Positions 27,612-36,290 of a stretch of 37,098 nt of DNA are shown one piece after another. This stretch comes from Candidatus Iainarchaeum sp. Its GTDB lineage: Archaea; B1Sed10-29; WALL01. The DNA lies in assembly GCA_021162685.1 (NCBI GenBank), contig JAGGYF010000003.1:1-37098 (forward strand), given 5' to 3'. A program made the translations under genes and the position numbers. The notes beneath the pieces were generated by a model. That model searched no databases. It saw nothing but the letters and a program-made list of their open reading frames with translations, and had not been told where the DNA came from. Each line of letters starts with the position of its first letter. Within the stretch, counting starts at the first letter, position 1.

Positions 27612-28463
27612 ATGTATACTAACTTGATGAAGTCCTCGTTTTCCCTGTGGAAAAAAGATAAACAACTTTCTTTCATTCCTCTTATATGGGTTTTTCTGCG
27701 TGGCCTTTTGTTCCTTGCTGTTGTTGTAGGGGTCCTTTTGGTTTCAGCACTTGCTGCAGCTGTTTTTTCTCCAATCAGTAAAGAGTTCTCATTACTCATC
27801 GCCATACTTCTTATATTTATCGGCATTATATGTGGTACTTTAGTGTTCGTATATGCAAATGCTGTCTATGATTCAGCATTGTACTTCATGGCAGATAAAG
27901 TAATGAACAAAAAGAAAATAAGCATTGATAAAGCCATAAAGGAATCAAGGCCGTTATGGAACAGGTTTTTCAATTTTAAACTATTACAGATAGCACTTAT
28001 TATCCTGCTGCTGTTTGGTATTGGAATTATCACAGGCATTGGTATTCTTGTTGATGTTCTGTCCAACTCAAACGGAGTATTCACAATAACATTTTTTATT
28101 ATAAGCATATTCTTGGCTTTATTAGTAGGCGCTTATCTGATGTTCACCTTCTTTTTTTCGCCAGCAGTTATTCTGTATGGTAAGGACGATACCTTCACGA
28201 TATTCAAAAAATGCATCAAACTATTACATAAAAAACCAGCACATGTTATAATATCATTTATTGTCATTATGTTGGTCGGAATTGTTTTTAGGGTAGTAGT
28301 TAATCTTATCCTTTCCCCATTATGGATTCTTCATCTTATACTTGCGCTAGCTTTTTTTAGCCCTCTTGGTTATATCATAAGTCTCATAGAAGAAGTAGCA
28401 TCAGCGATATTTTTTGTTCCATGGTCAGCATTGTTTATTTTACAGGCGTATAAAAAGGCTTAG
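27612..28463 (+). CDS. Polytopic membrane protein of unknown function
   Basis: About 6 TM segments; GGTG RBS overlapping the end of uppP. Confidence 0.7.
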   Translation: MYTNLMKSSFSLWKKDKQLSFIPLIWVFLRGLLFLAVVVGVLLVSALAAAVFSPISKEFSLLIAILLIFIGIICGTLVFVYANAVYDSALYFMADKVMNKKKISIDKAIKESRPLWNRFFNFKLLQIALIILLLFGIGIITGIGILVDVLSNSNGVFTITFFIISIFLALLVGAYLMFTFFFSPAVILYGKDDTFTIFKKCIKLLHKKPAHVIISFIVIMLVGIVFRVVVNLILSPLWILHLILALAFFSPLGYIISLIEEVASAIFFVPWSALFILQAYKKA

Positions 28464-29221
28464 TGGGATTTATTGCAGATGTCCTTATAGAGACAGAAGT
28501 CACACATGTTGCTGCGGCTTGGGACATGCACGCCTCGTTCCATCAGCTCAAATCTTCTTTTGTATTGTAGTGCGTTCTGGAACAATGCATTTGTGAACTC
28601 AATCCTTTTTTCTTCGTGTGCGTATTCAAGTATTCCATACGGAGAATCCCTTTTCCATTCCTTTTGGATGAGTAGGCCATAGCTTGCCAGTTGTATTGTA
28701 TCTCTCCACACCCTTTCTTTTGGGACATCAATTGCACTTTTGTACTCATGCGGTATAACTTTGCCATCAATAATCTCAATACTATCTATCCTTCCTCTCA
28801 TGCCGAGCGTTTGTGATGATATAAATTTTTCTGTTAGAACAGATACTGGTTTGTATATCCCCTTCACGATCTTTCCAGCATGTGCCTTTGCCCTTTTCTT
28901 TATCTCATCTTTTAGATCATCATAAACAAAATTGAAGTCCAAGCCATTTGACTCTATGCTCTCTCTCATCTCCTCAAGATATTTTGATACTATATGCATC
29001 CACTCTTTAGAATAATACTTTTCTATATCACGTAAGGGCAGTGTTTTATCCACCGCTTTGTCAAGTTCTACTGTCTTGTTTTTTATTGACTCTATGACAT
29101 TGTGTTTTATTGTTCCCCAGTAGTATAGGCGCGTATCCCTTGGAGGCATTTTGAGTATATGCTTTATATATGCTAAACGCTCGCAGAATGCTGTATCTGC
29201 AACTGCACTTACTGGAATCAT
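28460..29221 (-). CDS. cas4: Solo Cas4-family PD-(D/E)xK nuclease
   Basis: FCER..Y, G..KH, RGRID, EYKS, QL..Y and C-terminal CDFC.Y..IC (4-Cys Fe-S staple). No CRISPR array or other cas genes nearby. Confidence 0.85.
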   Translation of the reverse strand: MIPVSAVADTAFCERLAYIKHILKMPPRDTRLYYWGTIKHNVIESIKNKTVELDKAVDKTLPLRDIEKYYSKEWMHIVSKYLEEMRESIESNGLDFNFVYDDLKDEIKKRAKAHAGKIVKGIYKPVSVLTEKFISSQTLGMRGRIDSIEIIDGKVIPHEYKSAIDVPKERVWRDTIQLASYGLLIQKEWKRDSPYGILEYAHEEKRIEFTNALFQNALQYKRRFELMERGVHVPSRSNMCDFCLYKDICNKSH

Positions 29222-29313
29222 ACGTTATTTTTTGTTTTGTACGTATAAAAACAATATATAGTATGGATTTCCGAGAGCAAGGTTTTTATTTTCTTTCCGT
29301 TAAACAAAGACAT

Positions 29314-29670
29314 ATGGGTAAGGGAATATCGCCTGCAATCTCCTTTATGATTATTGTTGCCATTGTTGCCATTGGGGCAGTTGCTGTCTATTTCTGGGTT
29401 TCTGGGACACTAAATCAGCCCGTAGTGAAGGAGCAACCCGTGCCAATCCAGGCCTATGCATATAACTCATCTGCAATAAAAGTGATAAATATAGGCACAA
29501 CGAACTCCTCTGAGATAACCTATCTCAATACCTCAGTTGGAGCATGCACCTTTTCAGGAGCAACAGTTTTAGAACCAGGTGTTGCTGAGACCTGCGTTCT
29601 GCCAGTACAACCATCTGGTCCAGTAACCCTATATAGTGGCGCTACTAAGTCATTTACGGTTTCTTTCTAG
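29314..29670 (+). CDS. Archaeal type IV pilin
   Basis: Class III signal MGKG|ISPAISFMIIVAIVAIGAVAVYFW; V.N.G motif; two Cys. Confidence 0.85.
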   Translation: MGKGISPAISFMIIVAIVAIGAVAVYFWVSGTLNQPVVKEQPVPIQAYAYNSSAIKVINIGTTNSSEITYLNTSVGACTFSGATVLEPGVAETCVLPVQPSGPVTLYSGATKSFTVSF

Positions 29671-29841
29671 GTTAAACCCCTTTGCCAGTAATGCTACTCC
29701 AATGAAGAAAGGGATGCCTATAACTATCAGGCGTTCACCGCTCAGCACATAATTATTAAGCACCAGGAGAACAATAGATAGCAACATAGCAACAATCCCG
29801 ATAAATATCAAATCCGTGTCAAATGGTTTTCTCTTGGCCAT
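29650..29841 (-). CDS. Small two-TM membrane protein
   Basis: GGTGA RBS before MAKRKPF; two hydrophobic helices. Confidence 0.65.
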   Translation of the reverse strand: MAKRKPFDTDLIFIGIVAMLLSIVLLVLNNYVLSGERLIVIGIPFFIGVALLAKGFNLERNRK

Positions 29842-29902
29842 ATGCTCACCACAGTTAAGTATGTACCACACATATTTAAATCTTATTATCATCTATAATA
29901 GC

Positions 29903-30325
29903 ATGGCAGAGATGGAGATCCCAGGAACACTTATAAGGGTTCTTGGGGTGATTGGTGGGAGGAAACTCGTTAAATCTGTTGAGTCAATGGCAGCAGCCAT
30001 TGCACGTTTTAATAAAGATGTTTATGTCAGAAGCGATGGAAATTTGGTTGAACTTACATTAAAGGATAAAAAGGCAACGATTGAGGTAGTTGGAGAGAAA
30101 CCACAAATATTGGACAACTATTATGCTTACCAGGATGGCAAAGCGATAGTAAAAGGAGACGAGGACACATTGGAAAGAATCAAATCAACACTTATAGAGC
30201 TTGTTCCTTTCAGGAAGGCATATCTTTTAGGTATGTACTCACCGAAACAGCTGAAGAGATATGGCATAGACATAGCCTACATTGATTCATTAGAGGAAAA
30301 GGTATCCTCCCTCAGGATAAGGTGA
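29903..30325 (+). CDS. Hypothetical protein
   Basis: Start MAEMEIP about 22 nt after TTTAAA; typical coding composition; no family recognised. Confidence 0.65.
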   Translation: MAEMEIPGTLIRVLGVIGGRKLVKSVESMAAAIARFNKDVYVRSDGNLVELTLKDKKATIEVVGEKPQILDNYYAYQDGKAIVKGDEDTLERIKSTLIELVPFRKAYLLGMYSPKQLKRYGIDIAYIDSLEEKVSSLRIR

Positions 30326-30329
30326 GCCC

Positions 30330-30536
30330 ATGGTTTGTTGGATGATTTATGTCAATCTAGTCAAACAATTGACAGGTGTTTCAGAGAAAGATGCAATAGA
30401 TATCCTAAGAGATATAGAAGAGGAGGTTGGACACAACAAAGAACTTATCAAAGCAGTTGTGGATGCTGAGGGCCCAAACCTAATAAAACGATTAAAAAGG
30501 AAAAAACACAAAAAGAAAAACATAGCATATGCGTGA
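30330..30536 (+). CDS. Small hypothetical protein with a basic tail
   Basis: AGGTGA RBS; helical; KRLKRKKHKKK tail. Confidence 0.6.
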   Translation: MVCWMIYVNLVKQLTGVSEKDAIDILRDIEEEVGHNKELIKAVVDAEGPNLIKRLKRKKHKKKNIAYA

Positions 30537-30538
30537 GT

Positions 30539-30644
30539 GCGCCGTTAGTCTAGTCTGCTTCCAGCCATCCGTGGTTGGATGCCTAGAATGGTAGGACTCA
30601 GCCCTCCCAAGGCTGCGACCCGGGTTCAAATCCCGGGCGGCGCA
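30539..30644 (+). tRNA. tRNA-Gly(CCC) with a 33-nt non-canonical D-loop intron (30556-30588)
   Basis: Acceptor GCGCCGT/GCGGCGC + A; anticodon arm CAGCC-CTCCCAA-GGCTG; T arm CCGGG-TTCAAAT-CCCGG. BHB with a CTAG/CTAG central helix and TCT/AAT bulges. No encoded CCA. Confidence 0.92.
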
Positions 30645-30695
30645 TTTCCCAAAATTTTTAAATATGACACCTTCCTTTTTTCATCAGGTGTTCTA

Positions 30696-31229
30696 ATGGG
30701 CATTTCAAGTTTGATTTATGATTCCTGGATGAAAGAGAAACAATACAAAAAGTATTCTGGCATTCTCAACATGCTCTCAAAAACAAACCTAAATGGAAAA
30801 ATCCTAGATGTTGGTATGGGCACAGGACTATTTGAGGATTATTTGAAAGGGAAAGGCATACATGTTGACGTAAAAGGCATAGAAATAGACAAGAAGATGA
30901 TGGATGAGGCAAGGAAGAAGGGTTACGATGTTGCACTTGGGAGCGCAGAGGAATTGCCTTTTGAAAGCAACTCATTTGATTTGGTCATATGTATAGATAC
31001 CATCCATGCTGTTAGAGATAAAGAGCGAGCGATCAGAGAGATTATGCGTGTTCTAAAGCCAAATGGATATGCACTCATTACGCACTTCTGCAACACATTC
31101 ACAAAAAAGGAGACAATTAACAAGATGGAAAAACTTACAGACGGATTGGATGTTGTTGAGAAGAAGATTGTTGGGCATCCAGATGATGAGATATCTGTAG
31201 CTTTTCTTGTGAGGAAATCAGCGCTTTAG
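30696..31229 (+). CDS. Class I SAM-dependent methyltransferase
   Basis: ILDVGMGTG, GIEID, AEELPFESNSFDLV and RVLKPNG motifs; AGGTG RBS before ATG 30696. Confidence 0.9.
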   Translation: MGISSLIYDSWMKEKQYKKYSGILNMLSKTNLNGKILDVGMGTGLFEDYLKGKGIHVDVKGIEIDKKMMDEARKKGYDVALGSAEELPFESNSFDLVICIDTIHAVRDKERAIREIMRVLKPNGYALITHFCNTFTKKETINKMEKLTDGLDVVEKKIVGHPDDEISVAFLVRKSAL

Positions 31230-32660
31230 GAACTTACCTCTTATTATCCTCTCTCTTGCGCTCATTCTTCTTTTCTTTGGGAGCATTCTCTCTAATATCC
31301 CCCATGCTCCTTCCTCTTTCCTCCTTCCTCTCTCAAACATCTCTCTGAGTTTTTCACGTGCAGGTTCGGGCAAATAGCGTTCTCTGCTCGTTATCCTCTC
31401 CCAATACTCTTCTGGCCTATACCCTGTTTCATGAAGTTCTCTTAGCTTTGCGCCCAGAATACCTAGGCTTCTTTCCACTTTATCCCTGTTACCAAACATC
31501 CTTCCAGCACGATGCGCTATTGCAAAATCAACAAGCGCCCTTTCTCTGTGTGCGTCTTTAAGTTCATTGATATACCTATGAAACTTCTCTTTTCTAGCAA
31601 AGTTTTCCAGAGACAATAGGATGTCTGATGGTAACCTTTGTCCTCTTTCAAGTTTTTTCCTCCACATCTCAAGTTCGTTGATTGCTGTTAGGTGTTCAAG
31701 GTCTCCTTTCTTGAACCTAGATATTGCTTTAACCCTGAACTTTTCTGGTTCCCTAAGCTCCTTCATATCTGGTGGTCTTCCTTTGCTGAGTATCTCCTCT
31801 ATACTCCTTGCCCTTATAGTGAAGTATGAATCTAAGTCAGTGATGTTTCCTCTTACAAGTTCTTTGAGTGTTTGCTCCCTAACATAGTTAACCACGTCCT
31901 CTCCTTCTTTAGCAACCTTTTCCTGTAATATCAACGCCCTCTTTATCTCCTCTACGCCTTTTCTTGATAACTTTGGATTAATCCCTCTCTCCCACTTAAA
32001 GAAATCTGGCATAATGGTCTCAACCCTTCTTTTAAACCACAGCCCAGGATATTTTTGTGTTTTATCAAATTTTATTATGTCACTTCGTGTAATCCTTGGA
32101 ATGTAATCAACTACGTCACCAAACCGTTTCAGAAATTCCTGTTTCAGTTCCCAGTATTTGCTTCCTTCCTTTGCATTCAATATCTCTGAAACCTTTTCAA
32201 GCATATCCATTGTTAGTAATGCATTTGCACCTTCTATGTCCGCAATACTTAATCTCTTACGTATCTCCTCTGGTAGCTCATTGATTGACATGTTTGCCAA
32301 TGTGTGTGAATATTCATGTCCTAATACCATCATCATCTCTTTGTTCAGCTTTGCACTATCCCCCTCAAATAGTATTGCTGGCTCTTTTATGAAATTAGCT
32401 ATTTCCATACCTCTCTGTCTTAATGTGATGTTCTCACCCATTGTTATAAATCGGCCTTTTCTTTCAAGTGCTGAGCCAGGGACAACCAGAACATTTAGTG
32501 CGCCTTCATTTGCCTTTTCCCTCAATTTGTTTACATACTCCATTTTTGGATACGCATGCTCAAATCGTTTTCTCTCCTTTGCGAGTACAGTATAACCTAA
32601 ACAGAACAAGCTAGCAACCGCGTCCAAAACACGTTTCCTTTGTTTCCTTATACCTGCCAT
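31218..32660 (-). CDS. Hypothetical charged protein with HExxH (gluzincin-like) motif
   Basis: VLGHEYSHTL with a downstream IEG.NA; Arg/Lys/Glu-rich and helical; basic N- and C-termini. Confidence 0.6.
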   Translation of the reverse strand: MAGIRKQRKRVLDAVASLFCLGYTVLAKERKRFEHAYPKMEYVNKLREKANEGALNVLVVPGSALERKGRFITMGENITLRQRGMEIANFIKEPAILFEGDSAKLNKEMMMVLGHEYSHTLANMSINELPEEIRKRLSIADIEGANALLTMDMLEKVSEILNAKEGSKYWELKQEFLKRFGDVVDYIPRITRSDIIKFDKTQKYPGLWFKRRVETIMPDFFKWERGINPKLSRKGVEEIKRALILQEKVAKEGEDVVNYVREQTLKELVRGNITDLDSYFTIRARSIEEILSKGRPPDMKELREPEKFRVKAISRFKKGDLEHLTAINELEMWRKKLERGQRLPSDILLSLENFARKEKFHRYINELKDAHRERALVDFAIAHRAGRMFGNRDKVERSLGILGAKLRELHETGYRPEEYWERITSRERYLPEPAREKLREMFERGRRKEEGAWGILERMLPKKRRMSARERIIRGKFLKR

Positions 32661-32674
32661 ACTTATTTATTGTA

Positions 32675-33694
32675 TCACAGTTTTTTAAAACCTTTTGCTG
32701 TTAAAAGCCCGGTGTCCTCAAATCTTGCTCCCCCAACGCCAGGTATCGCCAATCCTGGTTCAATTGTGAATACCATACCCTCTAAAAGTACATCTTTTGA
32801 TTCCTTTGTGATGCTCGGACTTTCATGTATATCCAAACCAACACCATGTCCTAAACCGTACTTCCAATACTTTGCTCTCTTTCCAAAAAAGGCATGTACT
32901 AGTTCATATAGTTCTGACGCGCTCATCCCAGCATAGCAGTGTTTTGCTGCTAATATGTTTGCTTCTGCCACAAGCCAGATCATCTCTTCCTGTTTTTTGT
33001 TAGGCTTAATGCAAAATGTTCTTGTCATGTCAGAGCAGTATCCTTCAACCCTACACCCTGTATCAACAATAACAACATCTGTTTTTTTGACCTTTTTGCC
33101 CTGTGGGGATACATGTACATATAACCCATTTCTTCCAGATGCCACTATTGGATCAAATGATGGTTTAAGACTCTTTTTATTGTAATAGTACATTATCTCT
33201 GCCATTATATCTGATTCTTTCTTTCCTTCATATATGGCATTTTCAGCAATCCTCAATGCTTTCTTCGTGTGTCTGCAAGCTTCTTGTATGTACTTAATCT
33301 CCCTTCTCTCCTTTATCTCTCTGATCTTCTTCAATTCATTACTTATATCAACAAACCTCACGCCCTTTAGCTCCTTCCTCAACCTTTTCATTGTGTTCAT
33401 ACTAACATACTCATAGTTCACTCCTATTGTTTTATGCCTCCTCCTTCTGATATGTTTGTAAATGTCTTCCCTTTTTTCTATCTCAACCTTCTCTACATTT
33501 GCTTTATGTCTTGCATCACCAAGAAAGAGCAAGGGCTCGTTCCCAATTTTCCAATATAGTACTGCACTTGCAGAGAACACATCCAACCCGCTATAATACT
33601 GTACATTCGTATCTGGGTTAGTAGAGCGCGACATCAACAAAACAGCATCGCACTTATTTCTAATCAACTCATTCAGTTTTAAAAAACGCTTCAT
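32675..33694 (-). CDS. Xaa-Pro aminopeptidase/dipeptidase (M24B)
   Basis: IVASG.N...H, VDTG, YCSDMTRT, GLGHGVGLDIHE.P, FTIEPG and G.RFED motifs. Confidence 0.92.
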   Translation of the reverse strand: MKRFLKLNELIRNKCDAVLLMSRSTNPDTNVQYYSGLDVFSASAVLYWKIGNEPLLFLGDARHKANVEKVEIEKREDIYKHIRRRRHKTIGVNYEYVSMNTMKRLRKELKGVRFVDISNELKKIREIKERREIKYIQEACRHTKKALRIAENAIYEGKKESDIMAEIMYYYNKKSLKPSFDPIVASGRNGLYVHVSPQGKKVKKTDVVIVDTGCRVEGYCSDMTRTFCIKPNKKQEEMIWLVAEANILAAKHCYAGMSASELYELVHAFFGKRAKYWKYGLGHGVGLDIHESPSITKESKDVLLEGMVFTIEPGLAIPGVGGARFEDTGLLTAKGFKKL

Positions 33695-34596
33695 ATCAAC
33701 AATCTCCCTTTTTCCATTATTTTCTTTTTGTCAAACCATATTGTTGGTTTTTTTATGATGAAATCCCAGTGTATAGGTGCTTCAACATTTCCCCCCAAGC
33801 TTTTTGAATCACCTATCGCAATATGACATGTGCCAAGAACCTTCTCATCTTCCAATACATTTCCGCTCACCTTTGCTCCTGGATTTGTGCCAATACCCAA
33901 TTCAGCTATGTTGCGGGCATTTCTTATGCGCCAGATATGTCCCTTTAATTGCTTATTGCTTATATCTATAACCTTACCGTTTCTGACATCAAATCTGACA
34001 ATCTTCTTTGTTAGGTGCTGGTCCTTTGCTGTGAAATATCCATTAGCACTTTTTGGCGCAGTCGCTGCTTCTCCGCTTGGCAGGTTGTGGATGCTGCCCC
34101 TGTACAAATCACCGTCATCGTCTGCTCTTTTGCAACCTTCTACATCCAACCATATATCCGTACCTTTTGCCACAACATGAACGCTCTTTGCTTTTGCTAG
34201 CTTGTTCCCAATCCTTCTGGTGAGTCTATTCACCTTCTTATAATCAACACCCATCCCTCTAACAAAAATGCTCTTTGTTATGCCAGGCATTGTTACAACA
34301 GTTGCACCGTTTCTTCTGGCATTCCTTGATGCATTTGTATGTGTTAGAGAATATTCTGTTATGCAATACACAATGTCGGCATGCTCCATTGCCTTTGCTA
34401 CAACTTTTGGTGGTTCCATTCCATGCTGTCCTGTTGGTTCCATAACAAGCATAACAGTATTGCAGTATTTTGATGCTGCATTATAAACAGCCCAACCTAT
34501 ATCTATCTTCGTTGGGTCTACAACTACTAGAAACTGCTCACTTTTTTTTGGCTTTGCGAGTTTAACTGCATTCTCAGCAGCACTTTTTAGATTCAT
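33691..34596 (-). CDS. M29-like (thermophilic metallo)aminopeptidase
   Basis: EPP..VA.AM, SLTHT.A, NLPSGE, IAELGIGTNP, EDEKVLGTCHIAIG and H.D motifs. Confidence 0.88.
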   Translation of the reverse strand: MNLKSAAENAVKLAKPKKSEQFLVVVDPTKIDIGWAVYNAASKYCNTVMLVMEPTGQHGMEPPKVVAKAMEHADIVYCITEYSLTHTNASRNARRNGATVVTMPGITKSIFVRGMGVDYKKVNRLTRRIGNKLAKAKSVHVVAKGTDIWLDVEGCKRADDDGDLYRGSIHNLPSGEAATAPKSANGYFTAKDQHLTKKIVRFDVRNGKVIDISNKQLKGHIWRIRNARNIAELGIGTNPGAKVSGNVLEDEKVLGTCHIAIGDSKSLGGNVEAPIHWDFIIKKPTIWFDKKKIMEKGRLLI

Positions 34597-34820
34597 TTCC
34601 TTATATCACCTGGTTTAACTGTTGTTGGTTTTTCTGATGATGGAACAAATAATTGACCTGGCTCTACAACACCTTTTTCGCGCTTTTCTTTGGAGCATAT
34701 CACACATAAGCCAGTACTCTTATCAAAATGTTTTTCGCACACCCTCCTTCCACATCTCCAACATGTATACAACTTTGCAGGTTTTCCACAGATGTCACAC
34801 AATCCTTGTAGCTCTGTCAT
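34593..34820 (-). CDS. Small archaeal double Zn-finger protein
   Basis: CDIC..C..C...C..H...C..C; ATGA overlap with the M29 gene. Confidence 0.75.
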   Translation of the reverse strand: MTELQGLCDICGKPAKLYTCWRCGRRVCEKHFDKSTGLCVICSKEKREKGVVEPGQLFVPSSEKPTTVKPGDIRK

Positions 34821-34857
34821 ACTGTTTTATATATGCTCTATGAATAAAAACATTCCT

Positions 34858-35955
34858 ATGAGAACATCGTGGAAACTGGTAAATATTGCAGGTATAGATA
34901 TTGAACTTCACATCAGCTTCATACTTTTTCTGGCGCTTTTTGCGATATTTGCCATGTCTTTTATCCCCATCCTCATCATACTCTTTGTTTCAATCTCTCT
35001 TCATGAATTATCACACTCACTAATGGCAAGGCGTTATGGAGTAAAGGTCAACAAGATAATCCTTCTTCCTATTGGTGGTATGGCAGTTATGAAAGAGCAA
35101 CGTTTAAAACCATTTGCAGAGTTTAAAATGGCTATTGCAGGCCCATTATTCAATTTTATCTTGTGTTCAGCAATTGTCATAATCCTTGCTCTTACAAATC
35201 AGGGTCATTTGTTGTATACCTGGACAAATTGGAATTTCGCAGTAGAAGGGGCAATAGAAAAGATGAGCGCGCCTTTCAGTTTAACTGCACTCATAGTTTC
35301 AACAACATTCTGGTTAAATTGGTTATTAGGAACATTTAATCTCTTCTTGCCAGCAATCCCTCTTGATGGTGGGAGGGTATTCCGTTCTTTACTCTCCACA
35401 TTTACGGATTATGTGAATGCGACAAAGATTGCAACAACAGTGTCTACTATTGTGACGTTTTTCCTTTTCATGTACTCTATTCTGACATTTAATCTCATTT
35501 TGTTATTCATATCAATCTTTATCTATCTAGGAGCAAATGCTGAGCTAGAGTACGCAATGTCAAATAAGTTGCTGGCGAAATTTCCAATAAGCAGACTTAT
35601 ACGTTCCGATTTTTTATTGGTTGAACCAGATGCACCTTTAGACAAGGTTCTTTTAGAGATGATTCAGAACAGATCACTAGTTGCTATCACTCCAACAAAA
35701 AAGGGAGTTTGCATTGCAAGTGTTTATGATATACGCCATATACCCAAGACCAAATGGAGGACAACAAAGATAAGTAAGATAGCAAAGTGCATAAAACCAA
35801 TAGGCATAAACCATGATGCTGTTTATGCATTGAGAAAGATGAGACAATATGATACAGAGGCACTGCCTGTGGTATCCAAGGGGCAGATTATTGGTTGCAT
35901 ATTCCGCTCTGACGTTGAGAGGGTCTACGAGATACTAAAAATTATGTCAGAATAA
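34858..35955 (+). CDS. Site-2 protease (M50) with CBS domains
   Basis: GIDIELH, LHELSH, LLPIGG, AIAGP and FNL.LPA.PLDGGR motifs; C-terminal CBS pair. Confidence 0.92.
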   Translation: MRTSWKLVNIAGIDIELHISFILFLALFAIFAMSFIPILIILFVSISLHELSHSLMARRYGVKVNKIILLPIGGMAVMKEQRLKPFAEFKMAIAGPLFNFILCSAIVIILALTNQGHLLYTWTNWNFAVEGAIEKMSAPFSLTALIVSTTFWLNWLLGTFNLFLPAIPLDGGRVFRSLLSTFTDYVNATKIATTVSTIVTFFLFMYSILTFNLILLFISIFIYLGANAELEYAMSNKLLAKFPISRLIRSDFLLVEPDAPLDKVLLEMIQNRSLVAITPTKKGVCIASVYDIRHIPKTKWRTTKISKIAKCIKPIGINHDAVYALRKMRQYDTEALPVVSKGQIIGCIFRSDVERVYEILKIMSE

Positions 35956-35971
35956 CGCAAATATTTTTAAG
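35956..35971 (+). promoter_or_regulatory. BRE + TATA box for the repeat/tRNA-Ser transcript
   Basis: CGCAAATA-TTTTTAAG; predicted TSS ~35993-35996. Confidence 0.55.
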
Positions 35972-35992
35972 TCTCTATCTTACAAATTCTAT

Positions 35993-36134
35993 ACAACCCT
36001 TTTCCCTTCGCTGCGCTCAGGCAAAAGCGTTGACGGAAAAGGGCCTTCGGCAAGAAATGTGCTGGGGTGCCAAACAACCCTTTTCCCTTCGCTGCGCTCA
36101 GGCAAAAGCGTTGACGGAAAAGGGCCTTCGGCAA
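35993..36134 (+). repeat. Two identical 61-bp palindromic repeats (35993-36053 and 36074-36134)
   Basis: ACAACCCTTTTCCCTTCGCTGCGCTCAGGCAAAAGCGTTGACGGAAAAGGGCCTTCGGCAA twice, with a 20-nt spacer containing GCTGGGGTG. Confidence 0.92.
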
Positions 36135-36145
36135 TTGGTACATAT

Positions 36146-36280
36146 GCTGGGGTGGCGGAACCCGGTTAACGCGGTGGCCTCGAGATGAAATTTCCTCTTT
36201 GCGGCTTCGCCGCTTTGGAGGTGGGCAACGGGAGAGCCACTGGGCTTCGGCCCGTGCAGGTTCGAATCCTGCCCCCAGCG
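36146..36280 (+). tRNA. tRNA-Ser(CGA) with a 50-nt intron at 37/38 (36185-36234)
   Basis: Acceptor GCTGGGG/CCCCAGC + G discriminator; anticodon stem GTGGC/GCCAC; long variable arm GGGC-TTCG-GCCC; T arm GCAGG-TTCGAAT-CCTGC; BHB central helix CTCG/CGGG. Confidence 0.93.
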
Positions 36281-36290
36281 CTAAAGGGGT

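Noticed and set aside
30579-30695. N-terminal extension of the methyltransferase
   Set aside because: It overlaps tRNA-Gly; an RBS supports ATG 30696.
36061-36069. Split-tRNA 5' half
   Set aside because: Only 9 nt match the tRNA, there is no BHB-forming complementary leader, and the complete gene is adjacent.
35993-36134. Mini CRISPR array (repeat-spacer-repeat, with Cas4 in the window)
   Set aside because: Only two units, 61 bp is too long for a CRISPR repeat, the 20-nt spacer copies the adjacent tRNA 5' end, and there is no cas1/cas2.
30644-36146. Integrated element between the two tRNAs
   Set aside because: No integrase, no duplicated tRNA 3' end, and the cargo is mostly housekeeping peptidases.
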